Assembly: GCA_951406725.2 (NCBI GenBank)
Contig: OX597821.1
Span: 78,120,001 to 78,184,000 of the forward strand
Length of the DNA: 64,000 bases
Direction of reading: 5' to 3'
DNA from: Octopus vulgaris
Lineage: Eukaryota
The notes beneath the pieces were generated by a model. That model was given only the letters and a program-made list of their open reading frames with translations, did not search any database and had not been told where the DNA came from. Shown here piece after piece: positions 40,620 to 55,339 of the stretch. A program made the translations under genes and the position numbers. How positions within the stretch are numbered: the stretch's first letter is position 1; every line of letters begins with the position of its first letter.

Positions 40620-42640
40620 TAAGGGAGTATATCCAAACTTACAGGGGAAAATTAGATTTAGGATAAATCAAATTTCACAGTATAAATATAAATATTTTAA
40701 AATTTAAGTTCACATCTAATAATTATAAAATATTTAAGAATAATAACTAAATTATTATCAATAAATATTATAATTAAGATCTAAAATTTACTCTATCAAT
40801 AAATATATAGACATATAATGAAAAATAAATAAATTAATTAGTCCATTATTACTTACGTAAATATTAAATATTAATATAATATATTTATATATATATTAAG
40901 AAATTAAAGATGAAAAAGCAAATTATAAACGCATTACCTATCTTAAAAGAACTGTATAACTATTTAAGGATCTATATATCTCGTTTGCTATGTAATGCCT
41001 TACAAATAACGAACAGTTATAATCTAATATTGATATACATATCTTCAACAACAAAATAATTATAGAATCAAATTAACAATCAGTAGTTATACAGTATCTA
41101 ATACAATACAATATAACATAACTTATTAAAATAACTTTAACAGAAAAGGTTTACTTAGCTTTCAAAAATCGTGTCATTAACTAAAATTATAATAAACAGA
41201 TGGAAAATTCTTTTAACAATGAAAACTACGAATATATTTTATCAATGAAAATTACGAATAAATATTATCCATGGAAAATGGCTATAGTTTAGCTATAATA
41301 GATAAAGAGAACAAAGTCACTATTAGAGATATCTATGAAGATATAATATGGCTTAAAAAAACATAATAAACTTACGAATATCCTTAACTCAGTTATATTC
41401 AATATTTAATTACCAAATTATTCGACTAAATAATCATTATTCCTATTTTTAGATTTAAGTTCACATCTAATAATTATATAATATTTAAAAAATAATAACT
41501 AAATTATTATCAACAAATATAGTAATTAAAATCTAAAATTTACGCTATCAATAAATATATAGACATTTAATGAAAAATAAATAAATTAATTAATCCAATA
41601 CTGCATACATTAATATAATATATGTATAGATACATGAAAAAAATTAAAGATTAAAATTAAATTATAAACTAATAAACTAACTTAAAAATATCGTATAACT
41701 ATTTACGATCTATATATCTCTTTGGCTAAGTAATACCTTACAAATAACGTACAGTTATAATCTAATAATTAAATACATATCTTAAACAACTAAATAATTA
41801 TATAATCATATTAACAATCAGTAGTTATATAGTATACAATAAAACTTATTAAAATACTTTAAAATCTTAAATAGAAATGGTTTACTTAGCTTTCCAAAGT
41901 CGTGTCATGAACTAAAAGTTTAAAACGGAAAACGTCTTTTAAGCGTTTATAAGAATACTCGTGGAATTACGTTACGTAAGTAATAATGGACTAATTAATT
42001 TATTTATTTCTCATTATATATCTATATATTTATTGATAGATTAAATTTTAGATCTTAATTATTATATTTATTGATAATAATTTAGTTATTATTCTTAAAT
42101 ATTTTATAATTATTAGATGTGAACTTAAATTTAAAAATATGAAAATTGATTATTTTATTAAATAATTTGGTAATTAGATACTGACTATAACTAAGTTAAG
42201 GATATTTGTGAGTTTATTATGTTTTTTAAAGCCATATTATATCTTAACAGATAAATACCTTTTTCTACCTATTTTTTACCTTAAACATTAATATTTCACA
42301 TAAATTTGAGTTTCTTTATAAGAAAACTTATATTTTATTTATTTAAAAAAAATATTGTTTAACTCTATTTGCTTATTTATTTAATTATTACCATTAACCT
42401 AAAGATTGACTATAATTTTAATTCGAATTTTCAATTGAATTTAAACTTAATTGTTATTAGAATTGAACTATAGCCATGAAACGTACGTAATGTTTTTACT
42501 TATTATATTATACTTAACTTTTTTATACTTTTTAGTTAGTTATAAAAAAATTTTAAAGTTTAAAGATTTAAAAATTTATAAATTAAAAAATATGGAAATT
42601 TATAAATATAAATAAAAAATAAAAATATATAATAATTTAA
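40620..42640. repeat. Extremely AT-rich rearranged repeat with direct and inverted copies
   Basis: 40703-41190 is similar to 41452-41920 (direct). 40697-40860 and 41335-41450 are inverted at 41972-42250. Confidence 0.75.
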
Positions 42641-42783
42641 ATTTTAAATGTATTTATTGTATATTATATTAATTATATCTATTTTTTGTTTTTTATGTTT
42701 TGGTTTATGTCTATCACTGTTTGAGTTGCCTAATAGTGATTTTATCTCAAATATATATATATACAGAAAGTGTGTGAGAGAGA

Positions 42784-42829
<46 letters not shown>

Positions 42830-43994
42830 GAGAGAGAGAGAGAGAGAAAGAGAAACAGAAAGAGAGAGAGACAGAGACAGAGAGAGAAAGGAGGAGAGAT
42901 AGGGCTTAAGAATCAATAAGTCAGAAAATATATGCAGAAAATTTTTTGTCTATAAAGTCGGTATTTCAATGATAGTGTAAAGAATTATATATCCCTTACA
43001 ACCAATCTTACAATTTGGTTTCTCACTAGATATTAAAAGAGAAAACAGCACGATTGATTAATAACGTGACCTCGTCAGAGCTTGCAGGAATGGGAAAGAT
43101 ATGGTGTTTGCTCTTTGTTATTGCGGTTGAAAAAATACACCCGGTTTGTGGGTGGAGTGAAAACATGACTAGATGAATGATTATATTAGGACATAAGGTT
43201 CTCGGTTCCGAAGGTTTCTAATATTATTCTGAAAATGTTTGTACGGGTTAATGCTTGATATTAATCTCTTTAGGGGTATTATATGTGCAATAATTTGTGG
43301 GAGAACTGTGGTACTTAATGTGTGTTTGAACGCCTAAGCGCATGTTATGGCATACTTGCGTTCTGCGTGTCTGTCTATGTTTTGGTTAAACTCTTCACTG
43401 GATTCTCAGGAGATTATGGTGAAGGAGCCAAAGATAAAGAACTGCCGATTATAGTCATGATGGTGTCTGTAGGTACGATAAAATATACTCTTTTTTTAAG
43501 AGGATAAAGGTAAGAAATATCACTTCTATAGTTTAGGTAAATGTGTGAGTGCTGAGAGCTATTTTCCTCAGTTAAACATAACGTACATTTTCAGCTGAAA
43601 TTAGAATAAATCTTGCATGTCTTTAAGACTTTCCACTTTATGCTGTATCCCATGACACTTTCCTGGCCAGAGTCCTGGAATTTCATCTCTTGGAGACTTT
43701 CAAGGTGGACTAATGGCTTCAAAATCTGGTACTGAATTGACCTTCTGTCGCTTCCACATACTTTTGCACGTTCGGTTGCCTACATGTGCCTTTTGTGTTA
43801 CCTTTGCCTCATATACCACAGTTTCCATGTTAAAGAGGACTTTAAGTGTACGTGTGACGTTACCTCTACACGAGCATCCTTCCTCTGTTTCAGATCCGGA
43901 CCTACTTACTATTATATTTCTCTCTTTAAGCCACGGCTGAAAGAGAGTCCCGTGGCATGCATATTAAAATTGTAATAGAAATGGAAATGGTAAT

Positions 43995-44041
<47 letters not shown>

Positions 44042-44044
<3 letters not shown>

Positions 44045-44738
44045 CATGTAATGAAAAGAAATATTACAAGTAACTGCAGAATATGTGGAGATGGACAAGA
44101 AACAATAAATCATATTATCTCTAGCTGCCCAGTCCTGGCTAAGAAGGAATATATTCACAGACATGACAGAGTTGGAACCTACATACATCGGAAGCTATGC
44201 CAACATTATGGAATAACAACAGAAAAAAGATGGTATAGGCACACACCAGAAAAGGTCACAGAAAACGAGAAAGCAACCATACTCTGGGATATGCCGATAC
44301 ACACAGATAGAGAAATTAAGGCCAACAGACCAGATATAGTTGTCAGAGATCATGAAGAAAACAAATGCTTTCTAATTGATGTATCAATACCGGCTGATGA
44401 CAACGTGTCTCTAAAAGAAATGGAGAAACTCTCAAAATACAAAGACCTGGAAATAGAGGTAACTAGAATGTGGAATCTGAAAACAGAAACAATTCCTATC
44501 ATAGTAGGTGCATTAGGCATGATAAAAAAATATTCAGACAAATACATAACAAAAACACCAGGACTTACAAACACATATAACATACAGAAAATTGCACTAC
44601 TAGGCACTGCACACATCCTACGCAGAACACTTTCCATACAATAACCATCAGAGCATCACAACAAATCACAGCACATACCCAAGGCACACAGAGCTGTGCT
44701 CGGTAGTGAAGTGAAAGCACGCTATAAAAATAAAACTA

Positions 44739-44742
<4 letters not shown>
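44042..44742 (+). mobile_element. 5'-truncated R4/Dong-clade LINE (RLE domain) in (TAA)n
   Basis: Intact 197-aa C-terminus with CCHC (CRIC..ETINHIISSC), RHD, PD..D and KxxKY motifs; (TAA)n on both flanks. Confidence 0.9.
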
Positions 44743-44801
<59 letters not shown>

Positions 44802-45512
44802 TTAATGAGTTTCATGAACGATGCTTGTAAACTTCAATAAACGGCGTAATCGATTGAAGTTTCGTAAGAATGATTTACAGTGGTGACAATCGATAATGGT
44901 CTGTTTACGTCATTACGATATTTGTCAGGAAAGTTTTGCTACATTGCAAAACATTTTACTCCGTCTAATAAGTATAAATGTAGTTTTAACAATCGTAACA
45001 TTAATTTTCTTTTAATAATACAACAAATTTAGCGGATGATATAATAACTAATAATAGATATAATATTAATAAAATCTGTTTCCGTAATAATAATAAGATT
45101 AATTATTGAAATCTAAATAATACTAAAATTAATATCATAATCTTAACAATATTTCTAAAAGCAACGACAATTACAATGACAACAACAATAAATTGCAATA
45201 AGAAGAGTGGGATGCGATTTTTCATGAATTGAGATTGTCTCTGTTTATTGAACTGAATGAATCGAACAAATTTTCGACAGATTTTATGTCTTCCTCTGAT
45301 ACAAAATGTAAAATGAAAAAAAAAAAAACAAAAATAAAAACATAGAAATACAAAAATTCAAAATATAAACAGTAATGTCCTCCGTTCCTTTTTATGCAAA
45401 ATGACATTATAAGTATTCATACTTTCATATAGGATAGCAAGGAGAAAGAATAAAAGAAAGAAAAAGGAAAAACAGGAAAGACAAAACTCAGTCATACAAA
45501 ATAACAAATAAA

Positions 45513-45760
45513 TCCGCCCCTTTAAAGCCTAGCCAGGCTCATGGACTCGGTTTCCCGATTTCAATGGCGTACGTGTTCCCCAGCTGGAGGGAATGTCAGT
45601 CTATCGCAGCGTTACTCATTTTTGTCAGCTGAGTGGACTGGAGCAACGTGAAATGAAATGTTTTGCTTAAGAACACAACGCATCGCCCGGTCCAGGAATC
45701 GAAACCACAATCTTACGATCGTGATGCTGACACCCTAACCCCTAAGCCACGCGCCTCCAC
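45513..45760 (-). mobile_element. tRNA-derived SINE (OR-related family 'D')
   Basis: Minus-strand head ggaggcgcgtggcttag...ggtttcgattcctggaccgggcg. Confidence 0.8.
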
Positions 45761-46187
45761 TTTAGTCACACAATTTTGTGTCAATGCGGTGAAATGCAAC
45801 TGTGGTTTTATTTATTCTTTCAGAACGCGATATTAATAATTCACAATTATATTTATTCCCATGTGTTTTGATGACATAAAATGCGTAGAGTCTGAAAGAT
45901 TTTGAGAATGTGCACTTTCAGGTGTTCCTCAAAATTGCAATCGTTTGATGTAAAATGCTCAGCAACCTCCATTGAAATGCTGTTATTGTGCCTGACTCTG
46001 TCAGGCACAAATGTACCAAGTAGCAGTTTTGCAAAGCAAAGTTATATAATCATTTGGATCGAATTCTGTATATTATTTGAGCTTCTATTATCCTTTCGTT
46101 ACTTTCGAGAAGGAAGGTCGAATAGAGATTAGAAACAATTGTGGTTATTATCCCTCATTCAATTTCTAATAATATTCATTCACTTAC

Positions 46188-46200
46188 CTTTAAGACTCAT
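46188..46200 (-). CDS. Candidate start exon of the PAN-domain gene (MSLK-G)
   Basis: ATG AGT CTT AAA G|gtaagt is a consensus phase-1 donor, in frame with exon 40034-39705; the donor is conserved in the paralogue at 5236. Confidence 0.55.
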
Positions 46201-47619
46201 GACTGTTACAGAGTAGCTATGTAATATTCACTTTTACTTGAAATTCGTCGAAACAGAGGTTTCTCTCCAGAAACACTTAATGTTTTTTTTTTCCCAATTT
46301 CGGTAAACGGGGTTATTTTGTCTTTCTTTTATCGTCGTTCTGACACAGATCGATGAAACCAGTTGATTTAACTCTGCCCTCGAGAAAGATATCTTCTGAA
46401 AACAATATGGTCAATTCTTTTCCGCCTTTGTAAAGATATGTGAGCAACTTGAAATTACTTTGCCACTAACTCTAGAAGTTGTCGTCAGGCTATTTTAGTT
46501 TTCTTGAACGCGTTGTTTCTTTCTCTCCAGAGCGCTTTGATACAAATAAAAGAATTGTCAGTTTTATCATAAGCTTCGTTTTCCAATCAATGTCCACTTC
46601 TAACGACCGACCTACGCAAATAAACAACTTGAAACAAGTCACATGTATTTACACACTTGACGAACAAAAGAAATGGATTCTAACTTCGCAATATATTGAT
46701 AGCTGTCACTTTGTTTATTTGTTTCTTTTATTTTTCACTAGCTGTTGAAGGCTGTTGAAAGAGAAGTCGTCAGAGAATATAGATAATTGTAGGTGGTTAA
46801 AATCATGATGAAATGGAGGTGTGATTGAGGGTTATATTTTGGATTGATGTAAATGTCGATAACGTCCCCCGAGAAAGGCATGCACTTCTCATATTCTTTA
46901 CTTTGTCTTCTGCGTTCCGATCTGTCCAAGACTACATTCACTTTCATTTAGCTCCGATCAACAGAGATACCTATGGTATATATTAAGTTTGGTTTGATTC
47001 ATGTTCATCAACCCTACAATGTTTAAGCATGTCATTACTTAAATAAAAATATGTGAAGACGAAATATCTCAGAATTAAAACTATAAAATGTGTTTATAAT
47101 GACGAGCAACTGGGAGATGAGTTTAGGTACGATTAGTAAATTCTGAGAATTGTATACAATTGTAACAGAGGACAGCTTAGAATTTTGGAAGCCTAGTGTT
47201 ATTGTTATTTGGCAATAAGTTTGTTGGAGCCCGGATTGAGTAACGTTCTATATTCCAGGAATTGCGGTCATTATCATCTCGTCTTTGTTTGCAGACAGTG
47301 TTCAATAAAGACCAAATTATCCGGATGAGTTCTTAAGTCGTGAAGTGGGATGTGATTAAGATTTGGTTGTAATTTCTAATTCTTTCAGCAACTGCTTAGA
47401 CTTTAGACTCACTCATTATCAAGTAAGTAATGCATAGTGAATGAAGGCTCCGAAACCAACTAGATGGGTACGTGTTAGCACAGTTAGGTGTAGAGTAACC
47501 TTTCCAATGGAGCCTCAAGAAATGACATTTTATTAACTGAAATTCTACCCGTAATTGCGAGACAAACCAGAAGCGTGAATGTCAGTCACAAAGCCAGAGA
47601 TGTAAGGGAGAAAATTCCA

Positions 47620-49385
47620 AAATTCTTCATATACTAAAACTTAAATTGTACCATGTAGTGAGATGTACTTTCGGGTAAATTGCGCTACACGTAAACGTCA
47701 TATACAGGTAAATTCTGAATTCTGTTTATAATTATTTGTATTCATTTTGTAATTTTATGTTTTTATAATCTTTTCTTTTCATAAATTTTACTTTCTATTT
47801 AAGGTGCCAAGTCATCATCATCAGCAAATTCTACTCAGGATGTTAAGGCATCGCAAGAACAGTCCTGATATATTTTATCATGTCTGTGGTTCATTTACCA
47901 CCAAAGTTCAGCAACGTGTGAAATCAAGAACATATGCCTGTTATACTTTGGCTTCTCTCTCGGGGATCAAGATAAGAGTTGGGCCCCGCACATCATCTGC
48001 TCAGCTTGATCAAATGGACTAAGGGATTGGCTAAATAAGAGGAAGAGAGCAATGCCGTTTGCAATACCTATGATATGGAAAGAGCCAAAGGATCTTTTCA
48101 TGGACTGTTATTTCTGCAACGTTAATGTATGTGGGTTTACTGTAAAGACCAAGCATAAGATTATGTATCCCAACTTGGAATCAGCAAGAAGACCAGTACC
48201 ACACAACGATGATGATCCTCCTATTCCAATATAACCAGAAAATGGGCTTCAGATATCTGATGATGATGTATTACCTGAAGAAAATACTACTGCTGTGGAA
48301 GACACCGAAGTGGATGCAGATTTCACGATTGAAAATGAAGACTTACCATATAAATTTTCTCAAGGAGAGTTAAATGATTTAGTTAGAGACTTGTCATTGT
48401 CGAAGGATAAAGCTGAACTCGCCTACAAGAAAAGTGTCTGCTTAAGAAAGATGTTTATATTACTCATTTCAGGAAGAGAAATAGGGATCCGACTTCATGC
48501 TTCTCTGTTGATGGACCACTTTGTTTTAGTAATAACACTGATGAGATATTTCGCTCTTTGTTCCAAGAGCATGTTCCAGCTGAATAGCGCTTATTCATTG
48601 ATTCATCTAAGAGAAGCCTCAAGGCAGTACTACTACACAACAGCAATAAGAAAACATCCATTCCACTAGAACATTCAGTGCACTTGAAGGAGTGTTATGA
48701 AAACATGCAAGTACTCCTCAATGCCATAAAGTATACAAACTACAGCTGGAAAATATGTGGAGACTTGAAGTGGATTGGAATGTTAATGTGAATGCAATCT
48801 GGGCTTACGAAATATTGTTGCTTTTCATGCCTAAGGGACAGTCGTGCAACTAACAAGCACTATGTGCAATCAGAGTGGCCTTTGCGAAAATCATATGTGC
48901 CGGGAGTTTCTAGCGTCCAGAGTAAGCCAATTTTAAACCCAGAAATGTTCTTCTTCTTCCTCTTCACATAAAGCTTGGCTTCATGGAACAATGCATGAAG
49001 ATACTTGCCAGGAAAAGCTCAAAAGGTTTTAAATATGTGAAGGTCAAATTGCCACAAATCACCGAGGTAAAGCTGAGTGAAGGCGTATTCATAGGTCCGC
49101 AGGTAAAAGAACTTCTGAAGGACAATCACTTCCTCACAGCACTGGATGAGACTGAGCATAAAGCCTGGGAATCCTTCAAATGACTCTGTGAAAATTTCCT
49201 AGGCAACAAGAGATCTATAGAATTTAGAAATGGAGTGAAATGTCTTCTAGACTTCTACGCTGTAAAGGGCTGTCGGATGTCACTAAAAGTCCATTTCCTT
49301 GATTCACATCTGAAAGTTTTTGCAGAGAACCTTGGAGCAGTGTTTGAGCAAGGGGAATCCTTTCATCAAGATATTGTATCGATGG

Positions 49386-49390
<5 letters not shown>
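47620..49390 (+). mobile_element. Chapaev3 (CMC) transposase pseudogene
   Basis: Motifs NSPDIFYHVCG, GDQDKSWAPHIIC, MPFAIPMIWKEP..DCYFC, YPNLESARRPVPH, LHIKLG and GVFIGPQ; many stops. Confidence 0.8.
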
Positions 49391-49445
<55 letters not shown>

Positions 49446-50035
49446 TCACACACACACAAACGTATATATATTTATAATTTCTGATATGGATAGAAAAATA
49501 TAGATTTTTATGACGGCAGTCTAAATAGAAAACATTTTTGTCCCCAGTGTCTCTTGTCTCGAGTAATGAAAAAAAACCCTTTAACTAATAACTTTTGTTT
49601 GATATAAACTGTTTTTTTAAATTAGAAAATTGCATTAAAACTATTGTTTTAGGTACAGAAAGGTAACTAGTTCACCATTCACCAGAAATAGTCATTTACC
49701 CGTGTAAAATCATTATAAAGGTATGTTAAGAAGAAATAAGCTAAACTCAACAAATCGATCATCAATGATTATCTTTTAACTCGATGTTAATATATGTTTC
49801 GTATTCAGCAACCGGAAGTAAATATTACCTTTTCATTAGCTTTAAATTTATCGACGACTTAATGTATCAGCGTCTATAAGACTACAAAGATGTTTCTTGT
49901 TTCAACTTGTAACTTCTTTTAAATACATGGCCTTTTTTTTATTCCAGTTTCTTTATGTATGTATGTATGTATGTATATGTATACATATATATGTGTGTGC
50001 GTGTGTTAGTATGTTTGTATGTATGTATATATATA

Positions 50036-50433
50036 CTAGCTGCTAAGCCTGGTTTCACCCGGTCTGTTTGGATGATGTGGCTGTGATCGTTTTCAGTTAG
50101 GAATAATCTGTAGGTGTTTCTCAACCCTAACATTTCGGGTCCCCTGTTTCGATTGGAGCCTCTAGCTGTATGAAAATTTCCTAACTCCCCCCACCCCTGT
50201 CAGAAAACAGCTTCAGGAGTTGTGAAGAACGAATTTGCACCTAGCCTGGGGGAATTCCATTAGAAAGTTTTAATCGATTTTCCCGGTAACTATGGGGTCT
50301 AGGAAAAAATACAAACCGCATTCCACTCTATGCACCCGTCTACATATGTGTGCTATTTTTCACGCAAAGCCACCCATCCGTTTGGCTGTGAACCTCAAGA
50401 CAACGATCGCCCGTGTCCAATTTATATTATAGA
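50036..50433 (-). mobile_element. Non-autonomous Helitron
   Basis: Minus strand starts TC and ends CTAG, with a subterminal hairpin ccgggtgaaaccagg; inserted between A and T. Confidence 0.75.
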
Positions 50434-50599
50434 TATATTAATAAGGTAAGAAAATGGAGAGTTGTGGATGTATAGTTGATTTATTTGTATCACAGTTTGA
50501 AGTTAAGATTCAGAAAGAAATACATTTTAATAATGTACAAAAGAAATTGAAAAATGTACATACTTCGATTTTGGTCCCTAAGTAATTCATAATTCCAAG

Positions 50600-51290
50600 C
50601 ATCTGGGTCAAATACAATATTAACAATTGGTTATCATTTTAAACTGTATGGGGATAGAAATACGTAACCTTCGCTTTATAGAAACAAGAACAAAAAAGAA
50701 ACAAAAAACTGCCCATACAGTTTAAAACGATAACCAATTCTTAACATTAGATTTGATCCAAATTCTCCATTTACATGGATGACAACTGGAAACGGAATTT
50801 TGATAAATGTTTCATCTTTTGGAACAAAAATCAAAAAGGCCTAGGAATTTTCCATTCCTCCTAAATAGGCTCGATACTTCGCGAAATTTACAACAGAATA
50901 GCACACAAAAACTGCCATTTTTGGACACACATATTATCAAAGGTGAAAAGAAGATAACGATATCTTTTCTATCCAACAACAGCCATGCATGAAAACTTGA
51001 ATTTTCGTTCTTTCATGCACACACATGCACACACATACAAAAAAGAAACATACTATTTAACATGGCAAAGCGGGTCTGTACTTTGCTGGATGAGCGATTA
51101 CAGGAATTAAAAAATATTTCTAAAAGACAAAAATAGCCGTGTGGACTTATTCCTTTCGAAGAGAACAACATTCAAACTACAGAACACACAAGAGAAATAT
51201 GAAATCATAAACATTCTCCGACCCGAGAATCTACATTCTGAATTCTGAAAAGATATATTTCCTGATTCCCCAACATTCCTCATACACACA
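50600..51290 (+). mobile_element. Penelope-like RT remnant with a 5' inverted segment
   Basis: IR arms 50606-50652 and 50712-50759; remnant YMDD and LPFLD motifs. Confidence 0.5.
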
Positions 51291-51314
51291 CAAATACATA
51301 CATACATACATACA

Positions 51315-51345
<31 letters not shown>

Positions 51346-52189
51346 GTATGTGTGTGTATATATATTTATATATGTGTGTGTGTGTGTGTAAATATGCATG
51401 CATATACACACACATGCACACATAAAGGATGAAAAATATTTCCCAAGCTCTAGGTGCATAAGGCCGGTTTTCCCGTATTCTGTAGCCTATATATTCTTAT
51501 TCCCCAACCCCTGACAAGACGCTGGTCCGTCGAAGGATCAGTTTTATGATATAGTATAGAGAGACTACAAGATAACGCCGTTTATAGGAGAGGTTATGAA
51601 GTTAAGGGATGATGAGGAAATTCTGTAACTGAATAAATTCTGTAACTGAATAAATTAAGTCAAAAGCAGTTAAAAGAAGTTAAAATCAATTAAGAACAAA
51701 ACAAGAAAATGTGAAAAGTTCCTTTCAGTATTTTGTTTTAAAGAAATCACAAAATACAGCTAAAGAAACAACTGTTTAAAGGAAAAATTTAAAAGTTTAA
51801 TAAACTTCACACATTTCAAGAAACCTCGAAGAAGAATTTATAAAGATTTAAAGGTTTTGAAATTTTAAAAGTTGCACACTTTATACTCCTACGATCATGT
51901 GTGCAACACTCCTAACTACTAAGCCAGGCACTTCTACAAACATGTCCACCGGAGGGGATGGTGAAAAGTTGCTAGCTTTGGGTAAGAGAAAATACAGGAG
52001 GACCAAGTAATTACTATTTTACTCAACATATTCTCCTCTCAGATTCATACACTTATTGCAGTGGTCCATCAGTTTTTCTAAGCCCTGTAAAAATGTCGGA
52101 AGTTTGGACATCCAATCAGGCATTTTGCGAAACCCGCTCGTATATCATATCAGATATCACATCATATATATATATATATATATACAAAT

Positions 52190-52721
52190 TGGGAAATTTC
52201 AAGAATTCACAAATATATACAAATTAGAAAATTAGAAGAAATTTCACAAATTCTTGAAAATTTCTGTAGAAAACGAACATAGTTCCGTAAACCTGTTAGA
52301 TGTCAACCATAACCTACTCACAGGCAACCATACACCATATCCCAAACCTAATTCAAAGTTAACATATATTAATTATGATAGTAATCATCCCAAAACAATA
52401 ACTAAATGTTTAGTTTTAAATATTCAACGTAGAATTACTTACCTCTCATCTAATAAAAATACCTTTAATATTAATAAGGAATATTATTAACTCAGCATTA
52501 ACAAAGGTATGGTATACAGAAAAATATTACATTTGAAAATAATGATAACTCCCAGACAGCCAACCAGATAAATGATAAATTATCTTTAGATAAAAATGAA
52601 CCTATAACTAGAATTATTAAGCATAACAATAAAAATACAAACAAGTATTTCAATAGTTATAATTATAACAACAACAGCTACTAGAACAACAACAACAACA
52701 ACAAGAACAACAATAATAATG

Positions 52722-52773
<52 letters not shown>

Positions 52774-53545
52774 TAATGATAGTATTTGCAATCCCTATCA
52801 ACATGAATCCAACCACAATATTAATAAATGCTTTAAACGTAAGACGCTTATCCTAAATATAAATCATATACCAGATAGCAACCATAAATGCTATAACAAT
52901 CATAATAATAATAATAATAATCATTAATAATAATAATAATAATAGTATAATTTGGCTTATCTTACCTCATGGCAAATCTATAAAGACAATCCGTATCAGA
53001 GTAATCCTTTCTATAATAGATAAATATTCGACTTCTAGTAAATATAGTACCATAATTAACAATAATTAATAAGGATCGGATGTTCTATAACTAAAATCTT
53101 ATTTAGACATATATCATCTTCCAGTAATATTAAACTTGATGAGTATTACACAAATAGAAACATTGCCCCTCCGACTAGAAACACAAATGATACTAAAACT
53201 GATACCTAGACGAAATGGGAACACTAATACCGACACATGCAATAATAACCTAAATGTTTTATGTGACTTTAGAGTTAAGGCAAATTGTAAATTTAACAAT
53301 TAATGAAAAAGCAAAAGCCAAGTATATCAAATCACAGTTGAAGTTGAAGTAAGTATTTCTATTAAGTTGGAGCAACAACCTGTTACGTGAAATATCGTAT
53401 CGGGAACCATGAAGTCTCTTTTCGAAATATCAATAAATGCAATAGCACAGGCCTTAGTAAAATGATCTGGAAGATAAAAGATAGTAATAAAACTTATAAA
53501 ATTAGATGGAAAGTTCTAAATAAGGCTGTACTCTACAAACCACCT
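52190..53545 (+). mobile_element. Degenerate Penelope-like element (RT C-terminus + GIY-YIG)
   Basis: VNLLDV...YPKPNS..YI..DSNHP (homologous to the 2800-3249 ORF) and YRIGNH..SF...STGLSK.IW.IK...IRWK. Confidence 0.8.
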
Positions 53546-55050
53546 GCGAAAAATATCCAAAATGCCGTGCTCGCATAATGACTGTAAAGGATGAAATTGT
53601 GAAATCTTCCAAGGAGCATAATCGTTTATCGGATGGCGCTGAAATTGCAGCAAAAGACACCGTTTCAAAAATACGTCAGCTGGGTAAGTCAACACAAGAT
53701 GCACCCCATTCCGTTGTATCTAGTGTTCACGATGACTGCGATCAAGCTGTTGCCTCCAAACTTCCAAACATGCAAAGTATTAAGCGAACAATAAGATCTA
53801 TAAGGAAACAAACCCTTGCTGGACCGGCCCTACTATCAATTTGCAGTGAAATAGTCTTCCCACCTGAACTTACTAAATCGTTTAAAGGTGATCAATTTCT
53901 GCTTTATGACTCAGGATCAGTTGAAAAGCGAATTGTGATATTTGCAATAAGACGTAATTTACAGTGTTTATCATTATGCAGTCACCGGTATGCTGACGGC
54001 ACATTTAAAACAGCTTTTTTTTTATTTCACCAGTTATATTCCATGCATTGATCAAAAGAGAAAGCTTCACTGCCGCTCGTGTTTGGGGACAGAGCCGGAC
54101 AGAGCAAAAGAAACATATAAACGGTTTTGCACGAAATAAAGAAACTTGAACCATTATGTGTGCCATTGTCGATAACGATCGATTTAAGAAAGCGATGAGG
54201 AAAGCAGTTTTGAATGAATTTCCAAGTGCAGAACAGAACGGTTGTTTTTCCACTTCAGCCAAGGTATATTTCGTGTAATTCAAAGTAATGATTTAAAACG
54301 AAACTATGAAACAGACATGAATTTTGCTTTAGTGATGAGGATGCTACCAACATTAGCATTTGTTCCAGCAGGCACAATAACAAGAGCATTTGAGTTATTA
54401 TGTGATAACAACACCTTCCCTGATGAAACACGGGAAATCATTAATTATTTCAAAGATATATGAATTGGAAGACCCAACAGAATGAACGCATAACGCCCAC
54501 CTCCCTTCCCACTAACTATGGGGAATATGTATTTAACAGTTGTTGATGATTTTCACAAAACAAATATGTCTGTCGAAGGTTGGCATCGAGCTTTCGAAAC
54601 CCAAGTTGAGTTTCATCACCCGAGCATCTGAAAATTTATTAACTTTTTACAAAAAGAACAAAGTCTAAGCGTGATTTGGATTGAGCAGTATATTGCTGGA
54701 ATGGAACCAGAACCTCCAAAGAAGCGCTGTCGTGATACTGCAAAACGAATTTAAAATCTTGCTCAAAATTTTGATCCACAAAATATTATTGATTATATTC
54801 GTGGTATAGCGCACAACCTATTATTTTAAGAATTAATAAGTAGTTTCAGTAAATACTTTTTCGTTTTTTATGCATTTTGAATTTAAATAATCCTAATGTA
54901 TTTTTAAGTAGTTAACATCTAGTTAGAAACACAAATAATTTTTAATTCATCAAACAAAAAATAAATAAAGAAATAAAGAAAAAATAGTGTTTAGTCAAAT
55001 TGTTTCCAGATTAATAATGTTTTAGACAAATTGTTTTAGACAAATATAAC
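53546..55050 (+). mobile_element. MULE (Mutator-like) transposase pseudogene, 3' part
   Basis: FLLYDSG, YADGTFK..F.QLYSMH, CFFHFSQ and TN..VEGWH motifs; repeated tagacaaattg motifs at the right end. Confidence 0.85.
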
Positions 55051-55339
55051 TTTTTTAGTTTGCCTTTTTCCAGAAATGATAAATGGCTTTCGATTTTAGC
55101 ACGAAAATTAAGTTTTTTAAGTTCCCAATTCGTATTTGAATGCTACAAAATCCATTGGCCCAGGATTGGTCTCAATACTGGGGTCTAGCGAAACTAGCAG
55201 GGCTGACAAGCCAACTGTAAGAAGAAATAAAACGCCAAAGCTGTAATTTACATTACGATTTTCCTTAGACACCCGCTGCTTTGGTAATTTACAGAACTTC
55301 TATGTTCCAATTCTTATTCTGTGTACCATAAAATCAATT

